NCBI GenBank assembly: GCA_964016885.1
Contig: OZ024751.1
Span: 51,956,001 to 52,020,000 of the forward strand
DNA length: 64,000 nucleotides
Direction of reading: 5' to 3'
Source of the DNA: Eledone cirrhosa
Taxonomy: Eukaryota
The first letter of the stretch is position 1. Every line of letters begins with the position of its first letter. The notes below the pieces were generated by a model. The model searched no databases and was not told the DNA's origin. It saw only the letters and a program-made list of their open reading frames with translations. Below are positions 38,448 to 51,207 of this stretch, one piece after another. The position numbers and the translations under genes are program-made.

Positions 38448-40015
38448 ATATATCAGAAGATACAAGACCAAAACAAAATAGTGCATGTAGTCAAGACATA
38501 CAGAGCTGTGAAGTGACACAGAACATAAAGGGCCGCAATTAAATGCTGCAAAGCATTTTCTTTGATGCTTTAACGATTCTGCCACTTTATCAATAATTTA
38601 ATATTGAATTTCATTATTATTATTTTTTTTAATTCGGATAAATTTTGCTACTTAAATAGCTTTTTGAAATTTAAATAAAATAATTTTTCCATTCACCATT
38701 AGAATATCAATTATTTTTCCGGTTCTATAAATTTTAAGCTGGATTTAAAGTAAATTCATTTTGAGAAGATTCTAACTACAAATTTCTACAAAATTAATAA
38801 TCTAGAATATTCTTTTGTCATTTTCTTTCTTTGTTGATGATACTTGTTTTTTTCTATTTTAATATATATTGATTTTATCAATTCAACCCTTGCTAGCAGG
38901 GAAAATGGACATTAAACAATGATGATAAAATATTTTCTTTTAATATGAATTTCTTTCAGTTCTTCAGTTGTTAATCTTGTGTCTAAATAATCAGATTATC
39001 ATCAACTTTGAAATCAGAAGTTAAAATAAATATATAAATAAATAAAATCTGATATAATATTCATTTCTATACTTAATAATATTCTCTGTTGCAATATTAA
39101 AGGCAGGATTAAAGATTTCATGTGATAAGAACTGGAAATGAGGTGATAATATCTTAGCAGAGTGAGTCATCTTTGATCTAGTTTTGATCCTTCCCAGTTG
39201 AAGTGTTTCACTTTAATTATGTCATTGGCAGAGTGGCAGAAAGGCAGTCAATGTGGTAGAGTTGTCAGAGAGTTGGATATTTATTCCAGGTCTCTCTGTG
39301 TTGTGAGTTCAAATCCTACTGAGGTCTACTTTGCCTTTCATTCTTTCAGGATCAATAAAGAAAGTACTAGCCTAGTTGTGTTTTCACTTCAGTTATGCCA
39401 TTATAAGGTAGTTGTTAGAGTGGTAAGAAGGTAGTTGATGTAGCTGTGTTGCTAGAGTATTGGATGTTTATTCCAGGTCTCTATGTTCTGAGTTCAAATC
39501 CTGCTGAGGTCTACTTTGCTTTCATCCATTTGGGCTTGATAAAGAAAGTACCAGCTGAATGCAGGTGCAGGTTCTACTAGTTCAGGAAAGTGAGTGAGGT
39601 CTACAGGGGTCTGAGACTACTTTATATTATATTACAACATTTCTTCAAATTCTTCATAAATTTCAAAATTAATTGCCCACACTGTAAGGTGGTCATACTG
39701 GTGACACAATGAAACAGCACCTAGTCCACCTGTAAGATGGTCATTTTGGTGCCACAATAAAAAGCACCCAGTCCACACTGTAATGTTGGCTGGCAATAGG
39801 AAGGGCATCTAGCCCTAGAATCCAAGCTAACATACAGATCTATATATGAGCAACACATGGTCATCTGACCTGCCTTGTCTCATAAGATGATAACCTGTCT
39901 AACCCATGCAAGTGTGGAAAAATAGATGTTAAACAATGATGGTGATGATGATGAATCGAAACACATAGGCAGTGTATTTCATTAGAAATATAGTAATAAA
40001 AGAGTTACTACTTAC

Positions 40016-40083
40016 TTTTGAAGCATTTGATCTCTTACTTTCTTGTCATCTTGGACTGGAGATGATTGAAAATGTAAATACTT
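40016..40083 (-). CDS. CUEDC2: CUEDC2 coding exon (KYLHFQSSPVQDDKKVRDQMLQ)
   Basis: ccttgcag acceptor, GTAAGT donor, phase 0/2. Corresponds to DELKSFILQK. Confidence 0.9.
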
Positions 40084-40459
40084 CTGCAAGGACACAAAAA
40101 GAAGAGATGTTTGTTTTTGTTTATTTTTGTTGTCATTAACAAAGCAAATAAATACTCATTAACATCTACAGCAGTGGTTCCCAACTTTTTGTGTACCATG
40201 CCCCACCTTAACATTTCAAAAATTGTTGATCTTGGCAGGATTTGAACTCAGAAAGTAGAAAGGAAAAGAAAAACTTTCCAAAAACGACCAAAAAACAACA
40301 AAAGCACACACAAACATTTTAAAGCAATTTTCCTTGCTACAGCAGGGGTTAGTCTTATGACCCCCATGACAGACTTCATACTTTTTATGGGGGTCTTGTT
40401 GAGGCAATATTTTATAGCCAGATCTGGTACCAGACTTAGTTCTCTTTTATGATACAAAG

Positions 40460-43400
40460 GGATATGGTATACCTATTTAAACCAGATATTCACAGGAGTT
40501 ATAGCGTACCTATTTTTAACCAGATACACACAAGGATATAGTGTACCTATTGTAAATCAGATACACACAGGGATACAGTGTACCTATTCTAAATGGGATA
40601 CATACAGGGATACAATGTACCTATTCTAAACGGGATACATACAGGGATACAATGTACCTATTCTAAACGGGATACATACAGGGATACAGTGTACCTATTC
40701 TAAATGGGATACATACAGGGATACAATGTACCTATTCTAAACGGGATACATACAGGGATACAATGTACCTATTCTAAACGGGATACATACAGGGATACAA
40801 TGTACCTATTCTAAACGGGATACATACAGGGATACAGTGTACCTATTCTAAATGGGATACATACAGGGATACAATGTACCTATTCTAAACAGGATACATA
40901 CAGGGATACAGTGTACCTATTCTAAATGGGATACATACAGGGATACAATGTACCTATTCTAAACAGGATACATACAGGGATACAGTGTACCTATTCTAAA
41001 TGGGATACATACAGGGATACAATGTACCTATTCTAAACGGGATACATACAGGGATACAGTGTACCTATTCTAAACGGGATACATACAGGGATACAATGTA
41101 CCTATTCTAAACAGGATACATACAGGGATACAATGTACCTATTCTAAACAGGATACATACAGGGATACAGTGTACCTATTCTAAACGGGATACATACAGG
41201 GATACAGTGTACCTATTCTAAACGGGATACATACAGGGATACAGTGTACCTATTCTAAACGGGATACATACAGGGATACAATGTACCTATTCTAAACGGG
41301 ATACATACAGGGATACAATGTACCTATTCTAAACGGGATACATACAGGGATACAATGTACCTATTCTAAACGGGATACATACAGGGATACAGTGTACCTA
41401 TTCTAAATGGGATACATACAGGGATACAATGTACCTATTCTAAACAGGATACATACAGGGATACAGTGTACCTATTCTAAATGGGATACATACAGGGATA
41501 CAATGTACCTATTCTAAACAGGATACATACAGGGATACAGTGTACCTATTCTAAATGGGATACATACATGGATACAATGTACCTATTCTAAACGGGATAC
41601 ATACAGGGATACAGTGTACCTATTCTAAACGGGATACATACAGGGATACAATGTACCTATTCTAAACAGGATACATACAGGGATACAGTGTACCTATTCT
41701 AAACGGGATACATACAGGGATACAATGTAACTATTCTAAACGGGATACATACAGGGATACAATGTACCTATTCTAAACAGGATACATACAGGGATACAGT
41801 GTACCTATTCTAAACGGGATACATACAGGGATACAATGTACCTATTCTAAACGGGATACATACAGGGATACAGTGTACCTATTCTAAACGGGATACATAC
41901 AGGGATACAGTGTACCTATTCTAAACGGGATACATACAGGGATACAATGTACCTATTCTAAACAGGATACATACAGGGATACAGTGTACCTATTCTAAAC
42001 GGGATACATACAGGGATACAGTGTACCTATTCTAAACGGGATACATACAGGGATACAGTGTACCTATTCTAAACGGGATACATACAGGGATACAATGTAC
42101 CTATTCTAAACGGGATACATACAGGGATACAATGTACCTATTCTAAACGGGATACATACAGGGATACAGTGTACCTATTCTAAACAGGATACATACAGGG
42201 ATACAATGTACCTATTCTAAACGGGATACATACAGGGATACAATGTACCTATTCTAAACGGGATACATACAGGGATACAGTGTACCTATTCTAAACGGGA
42301 TACATACAGGGATACAATGTACCTATTCTAAACGGGATACATACAGGGATACAATGTACCTATTCTAAACGGGATACATACAGGGATACAATGTACCTAT
42401 TCTAAACAGGATACATACAGGGATACAGTGTACCTATTCTAAACGGGATACATACAGGGATACAGTGTACCTATTCTAAACAGGATACATACAGGGATAC
42501 AGTGTACCTATTCTAAACGGGATACATACAGGGATACAATGTACCTATTCTAAACGGGATACATACAGGGATACAATGTACCTATTCTAAACGGGATACA
42601 TACAGGGATACAGTGTACCTATTCTAAACGGGATACATACAGGGATACAATGTACCTATTCTAAACAGGATACATACAGGGATACAGTGTACCTATTCTA
42701 AACGGGATACATACAGGGATACAATGTACCTATTCTAAACGGGATACATACAGGGATACAGTGTACCTATTCTAAACGGGATACATACAGGGATACAGTG
42801 TACCTATTCTAAACGGGATACATACAGGGATACAATGTACCTATTCTAAATGGGTACATACAGGGATACAATGTACCTATTCTAAACGGGATACATACAG
42901 GGATACAGTGTACCTATTCTAAACGGGATACATACAGGGATACAGTGTACCTATTCTAAACGGGATACATACAGGGATACAGTGTACCTATTCTAAACAG
43001 GATACATACAGGGATACAGTGTACCTATTCTAAACGGGATACATACAGGGATACAATGTACCTATTCTAAACGGGATACATACAGGGATACAGTGTACCT
43101 ATTCTAAACGGGATACATACAGGGATACAGTGTACCTATTCTAAACAGGATACATACAGGGATACAGTGTACCTATTCTAAACAGGATACATACAGGGAT
43201 ACAGTGTACCTATTCTAAACGGGATACATACAGGGATACAATGTACCTATTCTAAACGGGTACATACAGGGATACAATGTACCTATTCTAAACGGGATAC
43301 ATACAGGGATACAGTGTACCTATTCTAAACGGGATACATACAGGGATACAGTGTACCTATTCTAAACAGGATACATACAGGGATACAGTGTACCTATTCT

Positions 43401-43620
43401 AAACAGGATACATACAGGGATACAGTGTACCTATTCTAAACGGGATACATACAGGGATACAGTGTACCTATTCTAAACAGGATACATACAGGGATACAGT
43501 GTACCTATTCTAAACAGGATACATACAGGGATACAGTGTACCTATTCTAAACGGGATACATACAGGGATACAGTGTACCTATTCTAAACGGGATACATAC
43601 AGGGATACAGTGTACCTATG
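40460..43620. repeat. 37-bp minisatellite, about 85 copies (gggatacatacagggatacagtgtacctattctaaac), in a CUEDC2 intron
   Basis: Period of 37 read directly; very homogeneous core with degenerate units at the left edge. Confidence 0.97.
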
Positions 43621-43690
43621 ATACTGTGTACTAATTCTAGATACAGGCTGAGATACTTCAAAACAAAGAAAAAAAAGAAGAAAAACATAC

Positions 43691-43876
43691 TTTTTCGTTA
43701 TTTGAAACAATATTTTCCCCTGCTTCATGACGATCAAGTATTAATTGAGTTGCTTCATCCATGTCTCCACTTGCTAAACTGAGACAATGGAAGGCTTCAA
43801 GGTGACATGCTGCAGGGAAGATCTCCAACAGTCGATGGACTTTCTCATCAAAGATGCTCTCCTCTTTATCTGATGG
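43691..43876 (-). CDS. CUEDC2: CUEDC2 CUE-domain exon (PSDKEESIFDEKVHRLLEIFPAACHLEAFHCLSLASGDMDEATQLILDRHEAGENIVSNNEK)
   Basis: atcag acceptor, GTATGT donor, phase 0/0. CUE motif LLEIFP...GDMDEATQLIL. Confidence 0.95.
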
Positions 43877-43916
43877 CTGATAGAGATATACACAGAAATG
43901 AGAGGTAAAAATATAT

Positions 43917-43918
<2 letters not shown>

Positions 43919-43947
<29 letters not shown>

Positions 43948-45099
43948 ACGTTTAACGTCCGTGTTCCACGCTTGCATGGGTTTGGACGGGGGTAGTCCCA
44001 CTTGAGGCAAGAGTGATTGTCTTGCTCGCATAGGACTGTCTGGCAGGTTTTCTACAGTTGGATGCCCTTCCTAACACCAACCACATTTACAGTGTGGGTC
44101 TGGGAGGTTTTTACCGTGTTGCCTACACGGCCACATTACAGCGTGGACTGTGTGTTTTTTTGTCGTGACACCTACACGATCTCATTTGTTTCGGCCTGGA
44201 TGGCGTGGCACCAACATAACTTTACATAGAACGGGGTGGTGTGGATGGGTGGGGGTGGTGGCGGGACGGGGTGTATTTTGTTAGAGATGCCTACTGGCAA
44301 GGCGGGTCTTCTCTGTTACTGAGTACCGCCAAAGGTCTCGGTCCAGTGACATTGTCTTGGAGAGGTGTAAGTGTGTGAGGTCGGAGTTTATCAGCTCGTC
44401 CCAGGTTTTTCTAGGTCTGCCTATTCCGTGGCTACCGTCTATCTTTATTGCCCTGCACTTTGTTATACAGCTATCGACTTTCATGCGCATCACGTGTCCA
44501 TACCAACGTAGCCTTCTCTCGAGTAAACAACATCTGATCCCTCTTATCTCTAATTTTTTCCTTAGTTCGTTTATGCTTTGCCGTTCACGTATATTACTGT
44601 TACACATCCAGCGGAGCATGCAAGCTTCGTTCCTCTCTAGTCTGCGTATATCCTCTGCACACAATGCCCAGGTCTCACTGCCATGCAACATTGCTGTTCG
44701 TATGCAGGCATCGTACAACCTGCCTTTCATTTTTAGGGAGAACCCTTTAGCAGCTAATAGTGGTATAAGCTCTCTGAACTTTTTCCAACCAGTTCTGACT
44801 CTAGCTACAGTACTTTCAGAGCACCCTCCCCCACTGCTGATTTTATCGCCCAGGTAACGGAAGCTGTCCACTATTTCTATAGAACCCTCTGCACAATTGA
44901 AAGAGCTAGTATTTTGTGGGCACTTGCTGCTACTTATTGCACCAGAACACCGGCCACATGTAAAATCTATGTTCTTAGTTAGCTTACCTGTGATCCCACT
45001 ACATCTTTTATGCACCCATACTTTGCATTTAGGACATAAAATGGAGTTTCTACCTACGCCTTTCCTACACATCGAGCACGACCATTTCCCAGAAGGGAT
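43919..45099 (-). mobile_element. RTE LINE, 5'-truncated, open C-terminal ORF (PHD-like finger plus RT C-terminal region), 3' UTR and (GAT)n tail
   Basis: ORF 44281-45183 from IPSGKW onward; (cat)n tail at 43919-43947. Truncated at a (TA)n run. Confidence 0.95.
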
Positions 45100-45108
45100 A
45101 TATATGTT

Positions 45109-45186
<78 letters not shown>

Positions 45187-45976
45187 GAGAAAAGAGAGAC
45201 ACAGAGAAGGACAGGGAGAGAAAGAGAGAAAAGTTTGTAAGTTGATTTACAAATAACAAATGCATATTTTTTTTTTTTTGTTATGTTTTAATTTCTTAGT
45301 TTGAGAATGAAGAAAAAAAGGACTGTTTGATTTTATTGTGTTTTCAGGCAGCATGCTTCAATCCTTTTGAAGTATGTAAGTGCAGTATGTAAGTGTAGTA
45401 TATAAGTGTGGTATGTAAATGTGGTATGACATGTATAAAGCATAGTATGCAAGTATAGCTTCAAAGTGTAACATGTAAGTGTAACATGTGGTATGAATTG
45501 TAGTATGTACTGTATATACTCAATTTTTTTTTAGATATTGTCATTTTCATGGAAATTACCAGAAATTTCTATATGTATCACTCCAGATATTTCAGTGTCT
45601 TTTGGTAAAATATATACTCAATGTATAAATGAATCCGAACAAAAGCTGACCCCATATTTTATGTTTGAGAAAGGGCAAAAAATCTTAACCTTGTTTATAA
45701 GTTATGACAACTAATGAACGTATTATGTTTAGATGGCATGGTTTTTTTTATTTTTATGAGTGGAAAATATTTTTATGAAGTTTTAATATCTAAAATGTAA
45801 TGTTTTTAAGTGTCATTTAGGGAATTGTTTTTGTTTCACAACTCCATTACATTAGGATTATTTTACTATTTCATCTGTTTTATAAAGTTTCAAGTTTCTC
45901 GAATTTTTGTTTACTTCCTTTCAGCAGACAACAATAGCACCATCTTCTGAATGTAACACGTTTTAAATACATATAT

Positions 45977-46097
45977 AGAGTCAGGACCTCGACAGCTGAG
46001 CTTTTGTCATTTCAACAACTAGTTCAAGACTCTTTATAATATATATATATATTATAAAGACTCTCAGCAAGAGCTCAGCCGTCGAGGTCCTGGCTCT
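45977..46097. repeat. Inverted repeat (30-bp arms) with an internal AT palindrome; MITE-like
   Basis: agagtcaggacctcgacagctgagcttttg pairs with caagagctcagccgtcgaggtcctggctct. Confidence 0.8.
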
Positions 46098-46586
46098 TTA
46101 TAATATAACCCTACACTACTACCACAAGTATCAAGTACTCTGATGAGTAATGGTCTAACCAGTTTCAAACTGAATCTACCTTTATTTATATACATATATA
46201 TATATCTTTAGTGAATAACTACAGTGCACTGCATCCACCTCAAATTGCATATTTTGCAGAATGAGTGCAACATTTTTTTTAGATATTGTCATTTTCATTC
46301 ATGGAAATTACTGGAAATTTCCATATGTAACACCTCGGATATTTCAGTGCCTTTTGGTAAAAACTGGTAAAATATTAACCTCAAATATCATTTTAGCATT
46401 GATTTTTTTTTTAGTTGCATATTTCTTGGCTTATACATGAGTGTATATGCTAAGTCTAATATAATGCTGAAATCTTTGAGAGAGAGAGTTAGAGAGAGGG
46501 AAGGGGAAGAAAGGGTTAGAGAGTGAGAGAAAGCAGGATAGATAGATAGAGGAAGATATGAATAGACACAGATATATATATACATA

Positions 46587-46669
46587 CAAGGTGTCCCAAA
46601 AATGTATACACACTTTGACAGCATTTTGATAAAAATATGTATACATTTTTTTGGGGGGGGGACACTCTG
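46587..46669. mobile_element. Tiny Tc1/mariner-like MITE
   Basis: TA flanks; TIRs caaggtgtcccaaaa...aatgtataca / tgtatacatttt...ggggacactctg. Confidence 0.65.
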
Positions 46670-46709
46670 TATGCACACACATATATATATATATATATAT
46701 GTGTGTGTA

Positions 46710-46724
<15 letters not shown>

Positions 46725-46741
<17 letters not shown>

Positions 46742-47126
46742 AATGAAATTATTGTGTACAGTGCTCAGGTGCACTACAACTCATCAAAGGTGCATGTATA
46801 GTACATAGAATAATGTACAAATGTCAGGAAAATGAACAGTGTATGAGTCATGATATAATAATGATAACAATAATGAAATATTGTGTACAGTGCCCAGGTG
46901 CACCACAACTCATCAAAAAAGTGCATGTATAGTACATAGGGCAATGTACAAACATCAGTAAAATGAACAGTGCACGAGTCATGATACACACATGTGTGCA
47001 TGTGTATGGAAGGGGTACATCAGGTGTAGTTTTGGCGTATTTCGGGAAGCATGAGTGTCTTAAAGGATGCAGTGTCTCGGCAGCTAACAACTGACGCAGG
47101 CAGTTTGTTCCATGCTTCAGCAACTC
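46725..47126 (-). mobile_element. CR1 LINE 3'-end copy, nearly identical to about 29082-29471
   Basis: RVAEAWNKLPASVVSCRDTASFKTLMLPEIRQNYT*, duplicated 3' UTR module and (ATT)n tail. Confidence 0.93.
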
Positions 47127-47215
<89 letters not shown>

Positions 47216-47264
47216 GCACACACACATGGGTGAGGTGGCCAGCAGAGTTAAAGGAGAGTTGTCC

Positions 47265-47625
47265 CCACCCACCACCACTTCCAACAACAACAACAGTACA
47301 ATGACACCAACACCACAACCACTATTAAAAACAAGATCATCACCACCACCAACACCACCACCACCAACAACAACAACAATAGCAGCATTAGCACCACCAC
47401 CAACAACAACGACAGCAGCAGCACCACCACCACCAACCTCACCAACACCAACACCACCAACAACAACAACAACAGCAGCACCACCACAACACCATCCTCA
47501 CCAGCAACACCAACACCACCACCAACAACAACAACGACAGCAGCAGCACCACCACCAACACCATCCTCATCAGCAACACCTATGCCAACAACACCAACAA
47601 CAACAACAGCTGCAGTAACAACGGC
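47265..47625. repeat. CAC/CAA/CAG trinucleotide low-complexity tract
   Basis: Read directly from the sequence. Confidence 0.85.
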
Positions 47626-48042
47626 AGCACAATGACAAAGGTGTTAGCTTGTTGATGGATTTTAATGTTTCTAGCCAAAGATAGAGAACAGAGTTTATCA
47701 TTGGAGGAATAATAATCTGCTTTAATGGTAACAGAAATTGCAATAAAAACAGTGAAAAATATGGGAAACAGTTTCCACAAATTGATTTAAGAGCTTTGGA
47801 TGTTGTCACTGTAAATTTTTATAGCAGATGAGTGTTATAAAAAAAAAAGAATTATGTAAAAGCTGTCTACAGCAAATGATTGGATGGAGTTCTGCATACT
47901 TAAACTATATTTATTCACACTATATATAATTTAAATTTTCCTATTAAAAATACAATTTAAATGAAGGGTTTACCAATGTCAAGTGAGTGGAATTTAGTAG
48001 CCGAAAACTGTGTGGAAGCCCATTTTTTGCATGCATGTATAT

Positions 48043-48080
<38 letters not shown>

Positions 48081-48282
48081 TCATATAAGTGATGAGAGTT
48101 CAATTAGATTTGAAACTGATTAAAGGTGTTTATGATTTTTTCAATTTACAGGGAAATTCGTATTTTCTGGCATGTTTACATACCTCCAAATTAGATATTT
48201 ATTCATGTTGGTGAAGTCTCAGTTACACACTGTGTATTAATACAGATTTAACTTTAGTATACATACATACATACGGACATAT

Positions 48283-48533
48283 ATATTGTTATACTTTGGG
48301 AGGGTCATGTCGCTAATAAAGAACAATCACACCTGTTAAGTTTCACTTCAATTTATTATTATAATTTCCCAGTTGGTTAGTTTAATAACCGGATGGTTGT
48401 TTAGTTGTTGATTGTCAGATTTATCCGGGTCTTAAACTAACCGTCTGGGAAATTATAATAATAAATTGAAGTGAAACCTAACAGGTGCATGTGTTTTTAT
48501 TAGAAGCATGATCCTCCCAAAGTATAACAATAT
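48283..48533. repeat. Long imperfect inverted repeat (~110-bp arms, ~28-nt spacer)
   Basis: atattgttatactttgggag...gtttcacttcaatttattattataatttcccag pairs with ctgggaaattataataataaattgaagtgaaac...ctcccaaagtataacaatat. Confidence 0.9.
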
Positions 48534-48674
48534 CTGTTTCAACAAACATTTTCAAAACACAAAAATTAAATATATATATATATGTATGTAAAAGGTAAAC
48601 AGAATTAACAACACAATCGGTACAGTATATGGAAGGGATATATTAGGTTAACGTTTGATGTAGCAGGAAGAGAG

Positions 48675-48710
48675 TCTTAACGTTTCGGATGCTAATCCTT
48701 CATCAGAAGA
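48675..48710 (-). ncRNA. Minimal type I hammerhead ribozyme motif in a Penelope-like repeat remnant
   Basis: Minus strand reads TCTT-CTGATGA-a-GGAT-tagc-ATCC-GAAA-CG-TT-AAGA: helix I TCTT/AAGA, helix II GGAT/ATCC, palindromic ACGT helix III. Confidence 0.7.
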
Positions 48711-48891
48711 AAGAATGACAAATAAGATAGATTGAGGGGACAGGCGGGTTGGAATTGGAAAAAATGTCTTTAGATAAAAATAACAGGTCCATTCATATTG
48801 ACATCTCTTGTAAAACTGTTGGTGCTGAGGTTTGTATATATAGTTAATATAAAATGAGAAACCAATGTTCATCAAATTTCATCTTTAAACG

Positions 48892-49113
48892 CCTGAGGAA
48901 GGAACCCCATAAGTTGGAGTGGCTGATGTAGTGGGTGCCACTGGCAGTTCTCCCCGACAATGCTTTCACCATCTAGGGAGGAGTGCATCACACCTGGGGA
49001 AGGAACCCCACAAGTTGGAGTGGCTGATGTAGTGGGTGCCACTGGCAGTTCTCCCCGACAATGCTTTCACCATCTAGGGAGGAGTGCATCACACCTGGGG
49101 AAGGAACCCCACA
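48892..49113. repeat. 101-bp tandem duplication, about 2.2 copies
   Basis: Units start at 48892, 48993 and 49094. Confidence 0.9.
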
Positions 49114-49504
49114 ATGCTTTCACCTAGTTAATTTCATTAGTTGATTTAAAAATATATCTTATTGCAAACATTATAAAATTTAATTGAAATTGATTGAATA
49201 AAGATTTTTAAATAGTTTGTGACATCTTCCATGTGATGGCAATACCATATAATGAGAATATCTATGATGTACCATCACACATATGACATGGTTACCTTTA
49301 AAACATATTGTTATGTTGAGACAATGGTATCTACTATACATGATCTGGCTACATTCATCATATGGCTATGTTCCAATGTCTGGATACATTCACATTATGG
49401 TCATGGGCCTAAATCTGGCTACCTACATTTACTATATTGTTATGACCCAGTCTAGTTATTATTCTCTATAAGGTAAACACACACACACATATATATACAC
49501 ACAC

Positions 49505-49555
<51 letters not shown>

Positions 49556-49671
49556 CATATATATATACACACACATATATATATATATACAGATAGATTG
49601 ATAGATAATATATGTTAGATGTACAAATAGTGAAAGAAATTTAAGAAAACATCAGTCTTTCACTTTAAAAA

Positions 49672-49762
<91 letters not shown>

Positions 49763-49893
49763 CAATAAGAAAAAAAAAGCAACCAAAACTATAAAAAGAA
49801 AATGGATCGAAATAAAAAGTAAACAGGTAGAAATTGAAGAATTTCTCTGGGAAATCATAAAGTCTGTAAGAAATGTATTGCGATGAGACTTAC

Positions 49894-50027
49894 AGAAGAA
49901 TCATTCTTTAAACATTCAGTTGTGCTATTGATTTTGCTGGATGTTGGCTTTAGTGAATCTTTCTGTTGCAATGAACGGACGGGATACACAGGAGAAGCAG
50001 GGAGACAAGGTGAACTATGGCAATCAG
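49894..50027 (-). CDS. CUEDC2: CUEDC2 linker exon (DCHSSPCLPASPVYPVRSLQQKDSLKPTSSKINSTTECLKNDSS)
   Basis: tttcag acceptor, GTAAGT donor, open frame. Phase 1 in / 0 out links the flanking exons; sequence conservation is weak. Confidence 0.8.
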
Positions 50028-50114
50028 CTGAAAGTATTATATAGAAGAAAGTAAGAAAGATAGATGGTTAAATACCCACATACACACGTACACATACACA
50101 CACACACACATATG

Positions 50115-50157
<43 letters not shown>

Positions 50158-50327
50158 GTGTGTATGTATATAAAAGGTAAACAGAAATAATAACACAATC
50201 GGTACAGTATATGAAAGGGATATATTAGGTTAACGTTTGATATAGCAGGAAGACACTAGTCCTTCATCAGAAGAAAGAATGAGAAATAAGATAGATTGAG
50301 GGGACGGGCGGGATGATATATATATAT

Positions 50328-50746
50328 AAGGGTAAAAGGTAAAGACCTCCCCTCCCTCAGTCACGAATGACCATAGGATTTGCACCCTCAAAGCATAAGT
50401 CTGGACAAAAGTTGTTTGTAGAAGACCAACAGTGTCCCCTCTTCATGCCACCAATGTTGTCAAAATGAAAGGCCGATGCAGCTTGGCACCAGTGACATTG
50501 CAACTCATTTCTACAGCTGAGTGAACTGGAGCAACGTGAAATAAAATGTCTTGCTCAAAAACACAACGCAAAGCCCGGTCCGTGAATCAAACTCACACCC
50601 TCACAATTATAAGTCTGATGCTCTAACCACTAAGCCATGCACCTTCATATATATATATAAAAACACAACACAAAGCCCGGTCCGTGAATCAAACACAACC
50701 TCACAATTATCAGTCTGATGCTCTAACCACTAAGCCATGCACCTTC

Positions 50747-50747
<1 letters not shown>
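50328..50747 (-). mobile_element. tRNA-derived SINE with a duplicated head (50557-50647 and 50660-50747)
   Basis: Minus-strand A-box TGGCTTAGTGG, B-box-like gagtttgattc and core ttgagcaagacattttatttcacgttgctcc. A related copy lies at about 55060-55345 (+). Confidence 0.75.
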
Positions 50748-50785
<38 letters not shown>

Positions 50786-51130
50786 ATGTGAGAGAAAACA
50801 CAAACACAAGGATAATTCCCGCTCATCGGCTGTCTTCTGTGGAACACAGTAAAACTAATGTTTTGAACGCATTAAAGACAGTATATTTAACCACAGTGCG
50901 TTAATAGCTAAAATGGATAGCTATCCAGGAAGAAACACAACAGACTATAACGAAGAGAATGACAGAAAAAAAGAAAAGAAAAAAAAAGACATACTGATAG
51001 AGAAAGGGGAAAAGACAAAGGCAAAGCATAGAGATGCAAAAGTAACTGAAACCAGTGAAAGAGTAAACAAACAACCAAAAGCAACAACAACAGTGACAAG
51101 AATAAGAAGAGAAATAAAGACATATATTAC

Positions 51131-51207
51131 ATGGCCTCTCTGTATTACAGTTAGAGTCTGCAGATATTGTATGTGAAAGTTTGAACATCCATTCAATAAC
51201 TTCAGCA
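51131..51207 (-). CDS. CUEDC2: CUEDC2 coding exon (AEVIEWMFKLSHTISADSNCNTERP)
   Basis: ttttgtag acceptor, GTAATA donor (a second in-phase GTAATA lies 18 nt earlier), phase 2/1. Corresponds to GTIGDMMQKLS. Confidence 0.85.

Noticed and set aside
36870-43620. Regular arrays resembling CRISPR or repeat-protein ORFs
   Set aside because: They are head-to-tail tandem units with no unique spacers in a eukaryotic intron; the ORFs are artefacts of periodicity.
47112-47618. 168-aa Pro/Thr/Gln/His-rich ORF
   Set aside because: It is a translation of (GT)n plus CAC/CAA/CAG microsatellite, lies antisense within a CUEDC2 intron and has no splice or homology support.
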